A program made the translations under genes and the position numbers. The notes under the pieces are model-generated. The model had not been told where the DNA came from. It ran no database searches and saw nothing but the letters and a program-made list of their open reading frames with translations. Positions 27,456-35,874 of a DNA stretch of 49,851 nucleotides are shown here, piece after piece (position 1 is the first letter of the stretch; each line of letters begins with the position of its first letter). This DNA is from a virus. Taxonomy: Duplodnaviria; Caudoviricetes. Location of the stretch: the IMG/VR virus record IMGVR_UViG_3300025875_000041, positions 1 through 49,851 of that record; one strand, given 5' to 3'.

Positions 27456-27521
27456 CGGTCCGAGCCGGACCTCCCGGACCCGGGTCGGGAGCTGTAGCCC
27501 GCAGCACTCAGCACGACGCAT

Positions 27522-27554
27522 CAGCGCCCTCCGCCATCACGGCGGAGGGCGCTG
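27522..27554. terminator. Terminator between convergent operons
   Basis: Perfect 14-bp stem CAGCGCCCTCCGCC / GGCGGAGGGCGCTG with 5-nt loop, followed by TTCT. Confidence 0.8.
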
Positions 27555-27562
27555 TTCTGCGT

Positions 27563-27856
27563 TCAGCGGATGGCGTTGTGCCGGCGGTTGAAGTTGTCCG
27601 CCGAGATGTAGGCGTGGATCGGTGAGCACACCCAGCACAGCGGGAGCAGGACGAATCCGATGACCACGGCGAGCAGCGCGGCCGAGATTAGCGCCGACAC
27701 GAACCAGAAGATGGCCGAGACCGGGTTGCCCGTGTAGAGGTGCCCGAGGCCAGGGATGAGAAGCGACAGAATCGCGGCCACCCCTCGGCTCTTGGGCGAC
27801 GCGGTCGGCATCGGTCGCTGGTAGGGCTGATGCGGCTGCATGCGCTTGCTAGCCAT
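27563..27856 (-). CDS. Small membrane protein (TM2-like)
   Basis: KS-GVAAILSLLIPGLGHLY-G motif; hydrophobic helices. Confidence 0.75.
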   Translation of the reverse strand: MASKRMQPHQPYQRPMPTASPKSRGVAAILSLLIPGLGHLYTGNPVSAIFWFVSALISAALLAVVIGFVLLPLCWVCSPIHAYISADNFNRRHNAIR

Positions 27857-28047
27857 CAGGTGAGCTGCAGGATGACGATGAGGCCGATGAGGAGGACGAT
27901 GATCCCCACGACGGCGGCAAGAACGATGAGGATCACCTTGAGCGCCGTGCTGCCAGCACGCTGCGGCGGCATTGGCTGGTAGTACTGCGGTTGCGGCTGG
28001 CCGTATGGCGGCTGCTGCGGCCGTTCTGGCTGCTGCGGTGTGCTCAT
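27856..28047 (-). CDS. Small Pro/Gln-rich membrane protein
   Basis: PQQP-rich N-terminus and one long hydrophobic C-terminal helix. Confidence 0.7.
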   Translation of the reverse strand: MSTPQQPERPQQPPYGQPQPQYYQPMPPQRAGSTALKVILIVLAAVVGIIVLLIGLIVILQLT

Positions 28048-28143
28048 GTCCTGCGTCCCCCCGGGGTAGGTCTGTGCCGACCAGGATGAGGTACGCGCGA
28101 CCGACCCGCAGGCGATTCGCCGAACATCACCCGAATGGGTGGT

Positions 28144-28368
28144 CTACGGCTTCACGTCGAGCGCGGAGTGGCCCGGGTCCATTTCCCGGAACGGCACGAG
28201 CACCCGGAACCGCCATGCCCCGGTGATGTCGCGCATGTGCCGGTCGTAGTGGTCAAGGACCGGGCCGTAGCGCTCACCGTCCCGCTCCACGCGCGCGGGC
28301 GGTTGCTCAGCGTCGAGCTCCAGTCGCTCGGTGTCGCTCTTGCCGCCCTCGAAGATGATGCGCAGCAC
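28144..28368 (-). CDS. Hypothetical protein
   Basis: 74 aa ORF co-oriented with neighbours. Confidence 0.45.
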   Translation of the reverse strand: MLRIIFEGGKSDTERLELDAEQPPARVERDGERYGPVLDHYDRHMRDITGAWRFRVLVPFREMDPGHSALDVKP

Positions 28369-28467
28369 GTCAACGATTGCGGAAAGCAGACACGATCCAG
28401 TAGATCACCCAGCCGCTGACCCACACCACGATGCCGATGGCGAACAGCGACCCCAGTACGACCCCCA

Positions 28468-28986
28468 CTAGAGCGCCCACTCCTCGCGGTAGTCCGGGTG
28501 GTCGGCGTAGGACAGGGCCAGCCAGGTCAAGGTCTGCACGTGCAGGTCATGCCAGCCGATGGCGTACCGGCCCTCGTCCGGCCAGCCCGAGCGCCCAGCG
28601 TTCACGATCCTTCGCTTAACCTCGCAGTCGGCTGCGGCTTTGTTCAAGTCCAACTGCTTGCCGAAGGAAGCGCCACTGAGGTCGGATAGGTGTCGCGCCT
28701 CGATCTGTAAGCGGTGCTCATCCTCCGCGATCCGCGCCAGCAAAAACTCGGTCAGGGTCACGCCCGGATCCTCACCGTGCGGCGGGCTACTCGCTGCCGT
28801 CGAGATACCCGAGTCCCCCGCCTCGGGTTGACGGTGTGCAAGCGCCCGCTCGATCCGGTCGAACAGGTCGTCGGTCCCGACCAGGGGAGCCGCCTTGAGC
28901 AGCATCTCGACGTACGCCGCGGTCAGGGCATCGCGTCGCTCCGGTGAGAGGTCTAGCGAAGTCACAGGTACGGTCATTCTGCTCAC
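28468..28986 (-). CDS. DUF6221-like protein (alternative start GTG 28761)
   Basis: EFLLARIAEDE ... CEVKRRIV ... LALSYADHPDYREEW. Confidence 0.7.
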   Translation of the reverse strand: MSRMTVPVTSLDLSPERRDALTAAYVEMLLKAAPLVGTDDLFDRIERALAHRQPEAGDSGISTAASSPPHGEDPGVTLTEFLLARIAEDEHRLQIEARHLSDLSGASFGKQLDLNKAAADCEVKRRIVNAGRSGWPDEGRYAIGWHDLHVQTLTWLALSYADHPDYREEWAL

Positions 28987-29117
28987 TCCAATCCAGTGGG
29001 CTCAGCCCCTCGTCAGTTACCGCTGGCGGGGGGCGCTTTCGTCTGATCGTACGCCCCTGCGAGCCTGTCGATCCTTCGGGCGGAGCGCCCTATTCGCGCC
29101 CTCGGTCAGAAGGTCAG

Positions 29118-29226
29118 CCTAGTCAGGAGCAAGAACCTGCCTGCTTGCAAAGCAGGTGCGCTACCAATTGCGCCATGGCCCCGCGTCGTTCATCTGGCCT
29201 AGTCAGAGGGCATTTCCCCTAGTCAG
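29118..29226 (+). repeat. Three CCTAGTCAG direct repeats flanking the tRNA fragment (candidate integrase arm sites)
   Basis: Exact copies at 29118-29126, 29198-29206, 29218-29226; degenerate copies near 29008 and 29100. Confidence 0.65.
29140..29182 (-). other. 5' half of tRNA-Ala(UGC); probable attP common core
   Basis: Minus strand GGGGCCATGGCGCAATTGGTAGCGCACCTGCTTTGCAAGCAGG gives the acceptor 5' strand, D arm and anticodon arm; no canonical 3' half follows. Confidence 0.8.
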
Positions 29227-29504
29227 ACCGGCTTTCGTGCTGTCCTGCTCACTTCGAAATACGAGGTCCTACGGGACTCCGCGGGTGTGACCGCGTGCCC
29301 TAAATGCGCCCTCGCCGTACCTCTTGCGCCCCCGGGGCGCCTCGCGGCGCCCCTCGGAACAGGCCCAAGACTACCTCAGCTCGCCCTCGCTGCGTCGACC
29401 GCGAATCACGTAGTTCGCCGTAGCCGGTGCTACTGTCGAAACGTAGAAGACCCGGCGACGGTTGGAGCCGCCCCGGGTCGTGGCCCACACGAGAGGTGGA
29501 CAAG

Positions 29505-29870
29505 ATGAGCCTAGGCGACAGAGTCTTCACGCGAGAGACTTGCCATTGCGGCCGACAGGTCGTTGGCCTCGACCAGGGAGACGGCATCTTCACCCGGGGG
29601 CTGTGTGCTTCTTGCGACGAGGAGCGATGCGACGCCCCGCAGGACGGCCAGCGCTACTCCTGTCATCCCTTCATGGAGGGGCCCACGGCGGCGCAGAGCA
29701 TCGACTACCTGACCGGGCGAATGGTTCGAGTAGCCGAAGGTAAGGTTCGAGAAGCCGAGGAAAAAGAGCAGCTCGCTCGGCACAACTTGGAGAATGCCGA
29801 GCTGGCACTACGCGCCCGAAGAGCAGAGCTCGACGCGGCCAACCACATCCGCGCGGTGAGCAATGGCTGA
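29505..29870 (+). CDS. Hypothetical Cys-rich plus coiled-coil protein
   Basis: GAGGTGG RBS; CHC and CASC..C motifs. Confidence 0.6.
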   Translation: MSLGDRVFTRETCHCGRQVVGLDQGDGIFTRGLCASCDEERCDAPQDGQRYSCHPFMEGPTAAQSIDYLTGRMVRVAEGKVREAEEKEQLARHNLENAELALRARRAELDAANHIRAVSNG

Positions 29871-30471
29871 GGCTAGCGCGAAGTACCCGGAGGGCACACT
29901 CGTCACGATGCCCGAGAAGCACGGCGACGCGGTGTTCACCATCGACGAACCGTGGCTCGACGAGGACACCGGCGAGCAGTGCTACTACCTGAGCAACGAG
30001 AACTACATCGGGCTCGACGCCACCGAGTCCGAACTGCGCGAGTTCATGACGGCTGCCGACGCAAGCAAGCGTCGGCTGCCCACCCCCGACGAGTTCGCCA
30101 AGGCGTACGACTGGCTCAGCGACCCGTTCAATGATCGGCTCTCGCTCAGCGCCGCCGATCAGGAGGGCGGTGGTCGCGTCGTCCTCGTCGGCCGCACCGT
30201 CGAGGGCCTGCCCTTCTATGCCACTGTCTTGGTCGAGCGCATCGACTGGGCCGACAAGTGCTGCGATCACCCGGACGGCTGCGCCTGCACCATGGGGCAG
30301 GCCGTGCGATTCGCACGCGAGCACGAGGACGAGCGGACCCACGCGCGGCGGCAGGCTGGGCTCGCCGAGTTGCAGGCCACGAGTCCCGACGAGGAGCCGT
30401 CGGCCAGCGAGATTGCTGACCGTGTGCGCCGAGCACGTCAGCACATCGCTAACGGGCCAGCCGGCTCGTGA
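29863..30471 (+). CDS. Hypothetical acidic protein
   Basis: 202 aa; overlaps both neighbours. Confidence 0.65.
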   Translation: MAEASAKYPEGTLVTMPEKHGDAVFTIDEPWLDEDTGEQCYYLSNENYIGLDATESELREFMTAADASKRRLPTPDEFAKAYDWLSDPFNDRLSLSAADQEGGGRVVLVGRTVEGLPFYATVLVERIDWADKCCDHPDGCACTMGQAVRFAREHEDERTHARRQAGLAELQATSPDEEPSASEIADRVRRARQHIANGPAGS

Positions 30472-30818
30472 CCGCGACCGCACGGCTGACGACGGCGGAG
30501 GTGGCCTCCGTCCTGGTCGACGCGATGGGCGGAACTCTCATCGCCGCCCTCGCGGGCGCGAAGGACCGGAAACTGCCGTACCGCTGGAGGTCCGGTGCTG
30601 TCGCGCCGCGCCTCGAAGCGGAGGTCCACCTACGGGCGGCGCTCGACGCCTGGTGGATCCTCACGGCGAGCGACAGTGAGGACACGGCGCGCGCCTGGTT
30701 CATCGGCTGCAACCCGCACCTAGGAGACGCGCAGCCCTTCATGGCGCTGCGCGAGGGACGCCTCCGCGAGGTGCTGGCGGCGGCTCGCGCTTTCGTCAGC
30801 GACGGACAGGCACCGTGA
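30468..30818 (+). CDS. Xre/MbcA/ParS-type antitoxin-like protein
   Basis: ALAGAKDRKLPYRW ... ARAWFIGCNPHLGDAQP...LREG pattern. Confidence 0.68.
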   Translation: MTATARLTTAEVASVLVDAMGGTLIAALAGAKDRKLPYRWRSGAVAPRLEAEVHLRAALDAWWILTASDSEDTARAWFIGCNPHLGDAQPFMALREGRLREVLAAARAFVSDGQAP

Positions 30819-31207
30819 GCGCACCAAGCCAACCGACGCTGCCTGAGCAGGGGGTGGCGCACTGCATTTTCTGCGACCACACCGAGACCTTCACGACCGA
30901 CGTCGGACGGTCGGACGCAATGGAGGACCACTACCGGACGCGTCACCGCAGCATGCTCGACGCACTCGTCGGTAGGCCGGGTGCGCGCTTCAAAAAGTCG
31001 CCACTGCCTACTCCTCCTGAGGAACTGCGCGCGTCGTTTACGAAGGTCCCTCACCGTCGCCTCGTCTACTGGGAGGTCAAGCACGGCGCTCGCGTCGTCG
31101 GAGCCGCATACGCGAAGACCAAGCCGCTAGCCGTCGAGCAGGCCGACGAAGCGGTGCGCGTGCACGAGGCGGTCATCAACACCATGGGTAAGAGGTGCTG
31201 CGCATGA
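30815..31207 (+). CDS. Hypothetical protein with C2H2-like motif
   Basis: CIFC...HYRTRH; GTGA overlap. Confidence 0.55.
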   Translation: MSAPSQPTLPEQGVAHCIFCDHTETFTTDVGRSDAMEDHYRTRHRSMLDALVGRPGARFKKSPLPTPPEELRASFTKVPHRRLVYWEVKHGARVVGAAYAKTKPLAVEQADEAVRVHEAVINTMGKRCCA

Positions 31208-31359
31208 GCGAGGACTGGCCGCGCCTTGAGCGCGAGTTGCGCGAGCTGGAGGAGCGCGACCCGAAGATCAAGGCTGCACGCGAACGGGTCGAGCACGTCA
31301 CCAGCGAGCACGAGCGCTGGCGGCAGGCGATGGTTCGCGACCTGTGGGCGGACGGCTGA
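31204..31359 (+). CDS. Small helical hypothetical protein (not in ORF track)
   Basis: ATGA overlap; 51 aa MSEDWPRLERELRELEERDP... Confidence 0.55.
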   Translation: MSEDWPRLERELRELEERDPKIKAARERVEHVTSEHERWRQAMVRDLWADG

Positions 31360-31362
31360 GCC

Positions 31363-31641
31363 GTGCTCTGTCACTACTGCGGCGCGGCCGAAGCGACGAC
31401 CAGCGACCACATCGTTCCTCGCTCCCGGGGCGGGGCCGACGCCAAGTACAACCGCGTCCCCGCCTGCCAGCCCTGCAATCAGGCCAAGGCCGACGCCATG
31501 CCGACCTGTGAGTGCATCACCTGCCGAGCCGCCCTGAACATGCCACGACGCAAGCCGAAGTCGTACAAGGCGCGACGGCCGGACATCCACACCTTGAGCG
31601 GCTATCTGCGCTATCCCGCCATGCCGGACGACCTGCGCTAG
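31363..31641 (+). CDS. HNH endonuclease
   Basis: [27 protein letters not shown]. Confidence 0.85.
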   Translation: MLCHYCGAAEATTSDHIVPRSRGGADAKYNRVPACQPCNQAKADAMPTCECITCRAALNMPRRKPKSYKARRPDIHTLSGYLRYPAMPDDLR

Positions 31642-31671
31642 TTCTTCGGCGCTGGCTAGATCGACCCAGGG

Positions 31672-32730
31672 CTAGGCCGCATCCTCGTCGTCCTGCGCAC
31701 GCTTGCGCTGCTGCTCCATGCGGTCGGCCACCAGGTCGAGCTGGGTGTCCCAGAGGTTGCCGTACCGGTCGAGTGTCATCGCCGCCGAAGCGTGCCCGAG
31801 CATCCGCTGCACGACCTTCACGTCCGCCCCCGATGCGATGGCCAACGACGCCGCGGTGTGGCGCAACTCGTGCGGGTGCATGTCGCCCAGCCCAGCAGCG
31901 AGAGCCGCCGGCTTGAACGCTCGAGCCCGCCAGGAGTGCGGGTCCAGTCGGTGACCCTTCTCGCCCACGAACAACGGACCTGGCTTCTCCGGCAGCCGCG
32001 CGAGCACCGACGCCTGGACGGGGACCTCTCGTTCCTTCGAGCCCTTCGTCGGACCCAGCTCGCGGCCCTCAGACGACACCGACCACGAGTGCCGCACCCG
32101 GATCCGCTTCCGCACCCGGTCCACATCGTCCTGGCCCAGCCCGAGCGCCTCACCCAGCCGCATGCCCGTCGTGCCCAGCAGCAGCACCAGAGGCCCGTGA
32201 GGACCAGACGCTGCCACCAGGCGCTCCAGCTCGGCCCACGACAGGAACCGCATCGAGGTGCGGGTCAGCCGGGGGAGCGCGACACCCTCGGTCGGGTCCC
32301 CCGTGAGCAGCCGGTCCGCCATCGCCAGCCGGTAGCAGCGGCGCAGCATCATCAGTCCGCGGTGACGCACCGAAGCCGACAAGCCGGGCCTCGCGACCCA
32401 TGCGCGAATGTCCGACGGCTTCAGCGTCGTCGCCAGCCGATCCCCGAACGCAGCGACTACGTGTTCTGCGTCGTAGCGATACGCATCCTGGGTCTTCGGA
32501 CGCAGCCCACCGATGCCCGCCAGGTAAGACTCCGTCATCTCCGCGACCGTCAGCTGCGGACGCTGGTCGGCGATCCGTGGGTCGAGACGTCGCTTGGCAT
32601 CGAACGTCTCCGCAGCGGTCTTGTTGGCAAACCGCCGCTTGCGCTGCTGTCCACCCTCGCGCCAGCGGACCTCGTATCGCTGACCAGGGCCCGTCCTGGC
32701 GCCCCGGCCCCAACGGTCGTGGACGCTCAC
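31672..32730 (-). CDS. int: Tyrosine integrase
   Basis: TGMRLGE (R), HELRH, LGH, TLDRY catalytic motifs; N-terminal arm-binding-like region. Confidence 0.95.
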   Translation of the reverse strand: MSVHDRWGRGARTGPGQRYEVRWREGGQQRKRRFANKTAAETFDAKRRLDPRIADQRPQLTVAEMTESYLAGIGGLRPKTQDAYRYDAEHVVAAFGDRLATTLKPSDIRAWVARPGLSASVRHRGLMMLRRCYRLAMADRLLTGDPTEGVALPRLTRTSMRFLSWAELERLVAASGPHGPLVLLLGTTGMRLGEALGLGQDDVDRVRKRIRVRHSWSVSSEGRELGPTKGSKEREVPVQASVLARLPEKPGPLFVGEKGHRLDPHSWRARAFKPAALAAGLGDMHPHELRHTAASLAIASGADVKVVQRMLGHASAAMTLDRYGNLWDTQLDLVADRMEQQRKRAQDDEDAA

Positions 32731-33059
32731 CGACGCCCGCGCATGCTGACCGTTGGCTCACCGTCCATGGGGATATCGTCCCACTCGACGTCCAGCCACA
32801 ACCCCGCCAGCAGGTCGGCGTCGGCCTCTTCCATCTGCGTGAACGTCACGCCCTTGTGCTTGAGCTCCAGGTGCGCGATGGCGTGAGCGGTGGCCCACTC
32901 TGCGTCGTCGACCTCGCTGATCAGGATTAGCCGGGACTCGTGGTGGATCTCCTCGTTGCAGCCGAGCGGCAGTTCGTTCGTCTGGACCACTCGCCAGCCA
33001 GGCCAGCGCTGCTCGAGCTCTTCGGTCACGCAAAACTGGTCGACAAGACGCTTACTCAT
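32727..33059 (-). CDS. ImmA/IrrE-like protein with altered HExxH (HAIAH)
   Basis: Between repressor and int; TAHAIAHLELKH...EEADAD; start 33059 or 33065. Confidence 0.65.
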   Translation of the reverse strand: MSKRLVDQFCVTEELEQRWPGWRVVQTNELPLGCNEEIHHESRLILISEVDDAEWATAHAIAHLELKHKGVTFTQMEEADADLLAGLWLDVEWDDIPMDGEPTVSMRGRR

Positions 33060-33537
33060 GATCATCCCCTTTGATGATGCGTCGCTTGGGTGCCGCCTTG
33101 CGGTGTCCCCGCGACACGCCCTCCCCCGAAGGCGCTACGGGAGACACTACGGCCGAACCTGTCGCGCCCGATGCATCTTGCGGCAAAGAGTCTGTGCTCG
33201 GAGAGAACCAGTCAGGGTGCTCGGTCTCGAGCTCTGCCAGCCGCTTCGAGGCGGCTTCGCCTGCGGCCAGCCGAGACGCGAGCATCCCGAGCAACTCCAG
33301 CGTCGACAGCTCTGCCTTCGGCTGCTCGAGGACGCGCTCGACGAGCGAGCGCTTACGTGGCGGCACCCGTCCGGATCGCGCCTCCCAGCCTTCGAGCGTG
33401 CGTACCTCGATACCGACGAGAGGCGCGAACTCCTCGCGCGAGTAGCCAGCGGCCACTCGTCGCTCGATGAGTTGCTCTCCCCCAAGAGTCTCCACAGTCG
33501 AAGACTCGCACAACCTCGTACCCACACGTACCTCCAC
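33052..33537 (-). CDS. Immunity repressor (XRE HTH); start may be GTG 33495
   Basis: RRVAAGYSREEFAPLVGIEVRTLEGWE HTH; divergent from the excisionase-like gene. Confidence 0.78.
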   Translation of the reverse strand: MEVRVGTRLCESSTVETLGGEQLIERRVAAGYSREEFAPLVGIEVRTLEGWEARSGRVPPRKRSLVERVLEQPKAELSTLELLGMLASRLAAGEAASKRLAELETEHPDWFSPSTDSLPQDASGATGSAVVSPVAPSGEGVSRGHRKAAPKRRIIKGDDHE

Positions 33538-33630
33538 GTAGAAACCCGTACGCGGAGCAATCTAGGGGTAACGAGTGGCAGCGCGCTAGTACTTCTACGG
33601 AAACTCCCCTAATTCACGTAGTTGACGGGG

Positions 33631-33666
33631 TTGTGCGAGGTACGTGAAACGCGTAGGGTCTGGCCC
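33631..33666 (+). promoter_or_regulatory. Early rightward leaderless promoter
   Basis: TTGTGC-17 nt-TAGGGT, then 7 nt to ATG 33667; no RBS. Confidence 0.55.
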
Positions 33667-33891
33667 ATGAAGACCGCAAAACACGTGGACCCGATGGCCG
33701 GCGTCGAACTGATGCTGACGGTCAAGCAGGTCGGAGCGGTACTGCAGAAGGACGAGTGGGCGGTGCGAGACCTCATTCACTCGGGCGACCTCTCGGCGCA
33801 CAACGTCGGCAAGGGGGAGCGGTCGATCTGGCGCATCAAGCCCAGCGACCTGAACCGCTACCTCGACTCGCGCAAGAGCGCTGCCGCATGA
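33667..33891 (+). CDS. Excisionase/Cro-like HTH protein
   Basis: MLTVKQVG..VRDLIHSGDL..WRI..DL-RY (HTH_17-like). Confidence 0.8.
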   Translation: MKTAKHVDPMAGVELMLTVKQVGAVLQKDEWAVRDLIHSGDLSAHNVGKGERSIWRIKPSDLNRYLDSRKSAAA

Positions 33892-34283
33892 CCACGCTGC
33901 CCGCCCGCTTCTGGGCCAAGGTCGAGAAGACCGACACCTGCTGGCTCTGGAAGGGCCGCGTGATGTGGAAGGGCTACGGGATGTTCAGGTTCGAGAACCG
34001 GCCCGACCAGCGGGTACACCGCCTGGCGTACGCCGAGGTGGTTGGTCCCATCCCTGCAGAGATGACGATCGATCACCTCTGCCGCAACCGGGTCTGCGTC
34101 AACCCCGACCACCTCGAGGTCGTCACCCGCGAGGAGAACACCCGCCGAGCGCGTGCCCTCGTGACGCACTGCAAGCGCGGACACGAGCTGCCACCGCGTA
34201 CACCCCACGCGACCCAGCGCGTGTGCCTGATCTGCGTTCGCGCCTTGCGGGCGTCTCGAAAGGCTCGCTCGACCACCACCTGA
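33888..34283 (+). CDS. HNH endonuclease
   Basis: RFWAKV..CWLW..GYG..HRLAY..DHLCRNRVCVNPDHL..THCKRGH. Confidence 0.9.
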   Translation: MTTLPARFWAKVEKTDTCWLWKGRVMWKGYGMFRFENRPDQRVHRLAYAEVVGPIPAEMTIDHLCRNRVCVNPDHLEVVTREENTRRARALVTHCKRGHELPPRTPHATQRVCLICVRALRASRKARSTTT

Positions 34284-34435
34284 TCTCGGCCCCGCGCGCG
34301 TGCTTCGGAGGACCGCGCCGAGACCGACGGGCTGGCCCCCACCATCCCCGGGGGCCAGCCCCCACCACCCATCACGCAAACCGCCGCTGGTCATCCCAGG
34401 CAAGGGGTGACGACCAGCGGCAGGCAGGAGACAGC

Positions 34436-35032
34436 ATGACAGACCAGATGCGCCACTCATGGTTGGTGCAGCGGCTGAACAAGCCAGCGGGCGCGGGACG
34501 CCTCGCGGCACTCGGCGAGGCGTTCTCGTTCGGGGGCGGGCTGCAGAACGGCGGCCTGTCCAAGGACGCGATGGACCTGCTGCGGTCGGTCTTCTCGTTC
34601 GACTACATGGGCGCAGCCGAGTTCGAGTTCGGCGCCGTCCCGGCGGCGCTTCAGGCGATCGCGAAGGCACGGCGCAGCCTCGTTGCCAGCGTCGTGTCTG
34701 TCGACCTCGCGACAGTGCCCCTGCCCTGGTCCGCACGGAAGGACGAGCCGAAGATCATCAAGGGCTCGGCGAGCGTCTACGTGCTTTGCCGCAGCGCACA
34801 CCCCAGCGAGATCGGTGAGCGCATCGTCGGCTGGGCGAGCGAGCCCTACGGCCGGACGTTGAAGGAGTCGACCAACCTCAACCGAGCGTTGCGTCCGAGC
34901 GACGAGTTCGACAGTCGGACCTGCGGATGGCTCGAGCTGGACAACGGCTTCTTCTTCTTCACCGACGCCGAGATGTGGGTGAAGACCTGCGCCATCTTCG
35001 GCGTCGAGGCGAAGTCCGAGGTGTCCGCATGA
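34436..35032 (+). CDS. Hypothetical phage protein
   Basis: AGGAG RBS; FDYMGAAEFEFGAVP segment. Confidence 0.75.
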   Translation: MTDQMRHSWLVQRLNKPAGAGRLAALGEAFSFGGGLQNGGLSKDAMDLLRSVFSFDYMGAAEFEFGAVPAALQAIAKARRSLVASVVSVDLATVPLPWSARKDEPKIIKGSASVYVLCRSAHPSEIGERIVGWASEPYGRTLKESTNLNRALRPSDEFDSRTCGWLELDNGFFFFTDAEMWVKTCAIFGVEAKSEVSA

Positions 35033-35340
35033 TGCCCGCCGAGCAGTACCGCCCGACCCACCGTCGCCCCTGCCCCTTCTGCGGCAGCAACGGCTGGTTC
35101 GTCGACCAGACGACCGGCCTGATCCGCGCCTGCGTGTGCCTCCCCGCCGACACCGACGAGAACCCGCCGGCCGATGTGGTCGCGCGTCTTCTGCCCGCCG
35201 CGCCCGTCAGCGACATCCCGCAGCCCGAGCAGTGGGAGCCGCGCCCGGGCATCGACAACCGCGTCGTCGAGGTGCTGGCCTGGATGCTCGTCGGCCTCGT
35301 CGTCGTGCTGGTCGTCGTGATCGTGCGGGGCCTGTCGTGA
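35029..35340 (+). CDS. Hypothetical Zn-finger plus C-terminal TM protein
   Basis: CPFC..CVC; hydrophobic C-terminus; ATGA overlap. Confidence 0.6.
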   Translation: MMPAEQYRPTHRRPCPFCGSNGWFVDQTTGLIRACVCLPADTDENPPADVVARLLPAAPVSDIPQPEQWEPRPGIDNRVVEVLAWMLVGLVVVLVVVIVRGLS

Positions 35341-35609
35341 GCCGCGCGCGGATGATCCAGCGCGCCACTGAGGTGCTCGCGACCTACGAGCCGATCCAGG
35401 AGTACGTCCGCAGCAGCCTGGTCGAGGCGATCTTCGACGAGGTACTGCCTCAGGTCAACACCGTGGTCGAGTTGGAGGCGCTGCCGAACTGGACGGTTCT
35501 GCTCAACCCGGAAGGGTGGGTGATTCAGACCCCGTGTCCGGCTCAGGCCGCGAACGCTTTCCGTTTCGGTCCCCTGACCGTCGTCTGGAAGCCCGAGGTG
35601 ACCTCGTGA
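35337..35609 (+). CDS. Hypothetical protein
   Basis: GTGA overlaps at both ends. Confidence 0.6.
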   Translation: MSRARMIQRATEVLATYEPIQEYVRSSLVEAIFDEVLPQVNTVVELEALPNWTVLLNPEGWVIQTPCPAQAANAFRFGPLTVVWKPEVTS

Positions 35610-35770
35610 CCTGGGACGTCTTCACAGTGCAAGGACGCTGCCCCTACTGCGGTGCGGAGTCTGGCGAGCCATGCCTGACCTCGACCCAGCGCAAGGCGTA
35701 TCACTCGCACGTCAACCGAGTCGCCAACGCTCACCGGGTCGACTTGTACCGAGCGCAGGTGGCCTCGTGA
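35606..35770 (+). CDS. Small phage zinc-finger protein
   Basis: CPYCGAESGEPC...H..R. Confidence 0.65.
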   Translation: MTWDVFTVQGRCPYCGAESGEPCLTSTQRKAYHSHVNRVANAHRVDLYRAQVAS

Positions 35771-35874
35771 CCGCCCGCCAGCGCTACTGGACGAGCGTGG
35801 TCGCGACGGCCGCCGTCCTGTTCACCCTGATCTGGGTCGTCACCCCGGTGCTCGTGATCGCGGTGGCTCCCTGA
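35767..35874 (+). CDS. Small membrane peptide
   Basis: 35 aa hydrophobic; overlaps both neighbours. Confidence 0.5.
   Translation: MTARQRYWTSVVATAAVLFTLIWVVTPVLVIAVAP

Noticed and set aside
29100-29182. Complete phage tRNA-Ala gene
   Set aside because: No variable loop, canonical T loop or acceptor 3' strand; only the 5' half is present
33052-33537. Integration-dependent immunity (attP inside the repressor gene)
   Set aside because: The tRNA-homologous core lies about 4 kb away, outside the repressor gene
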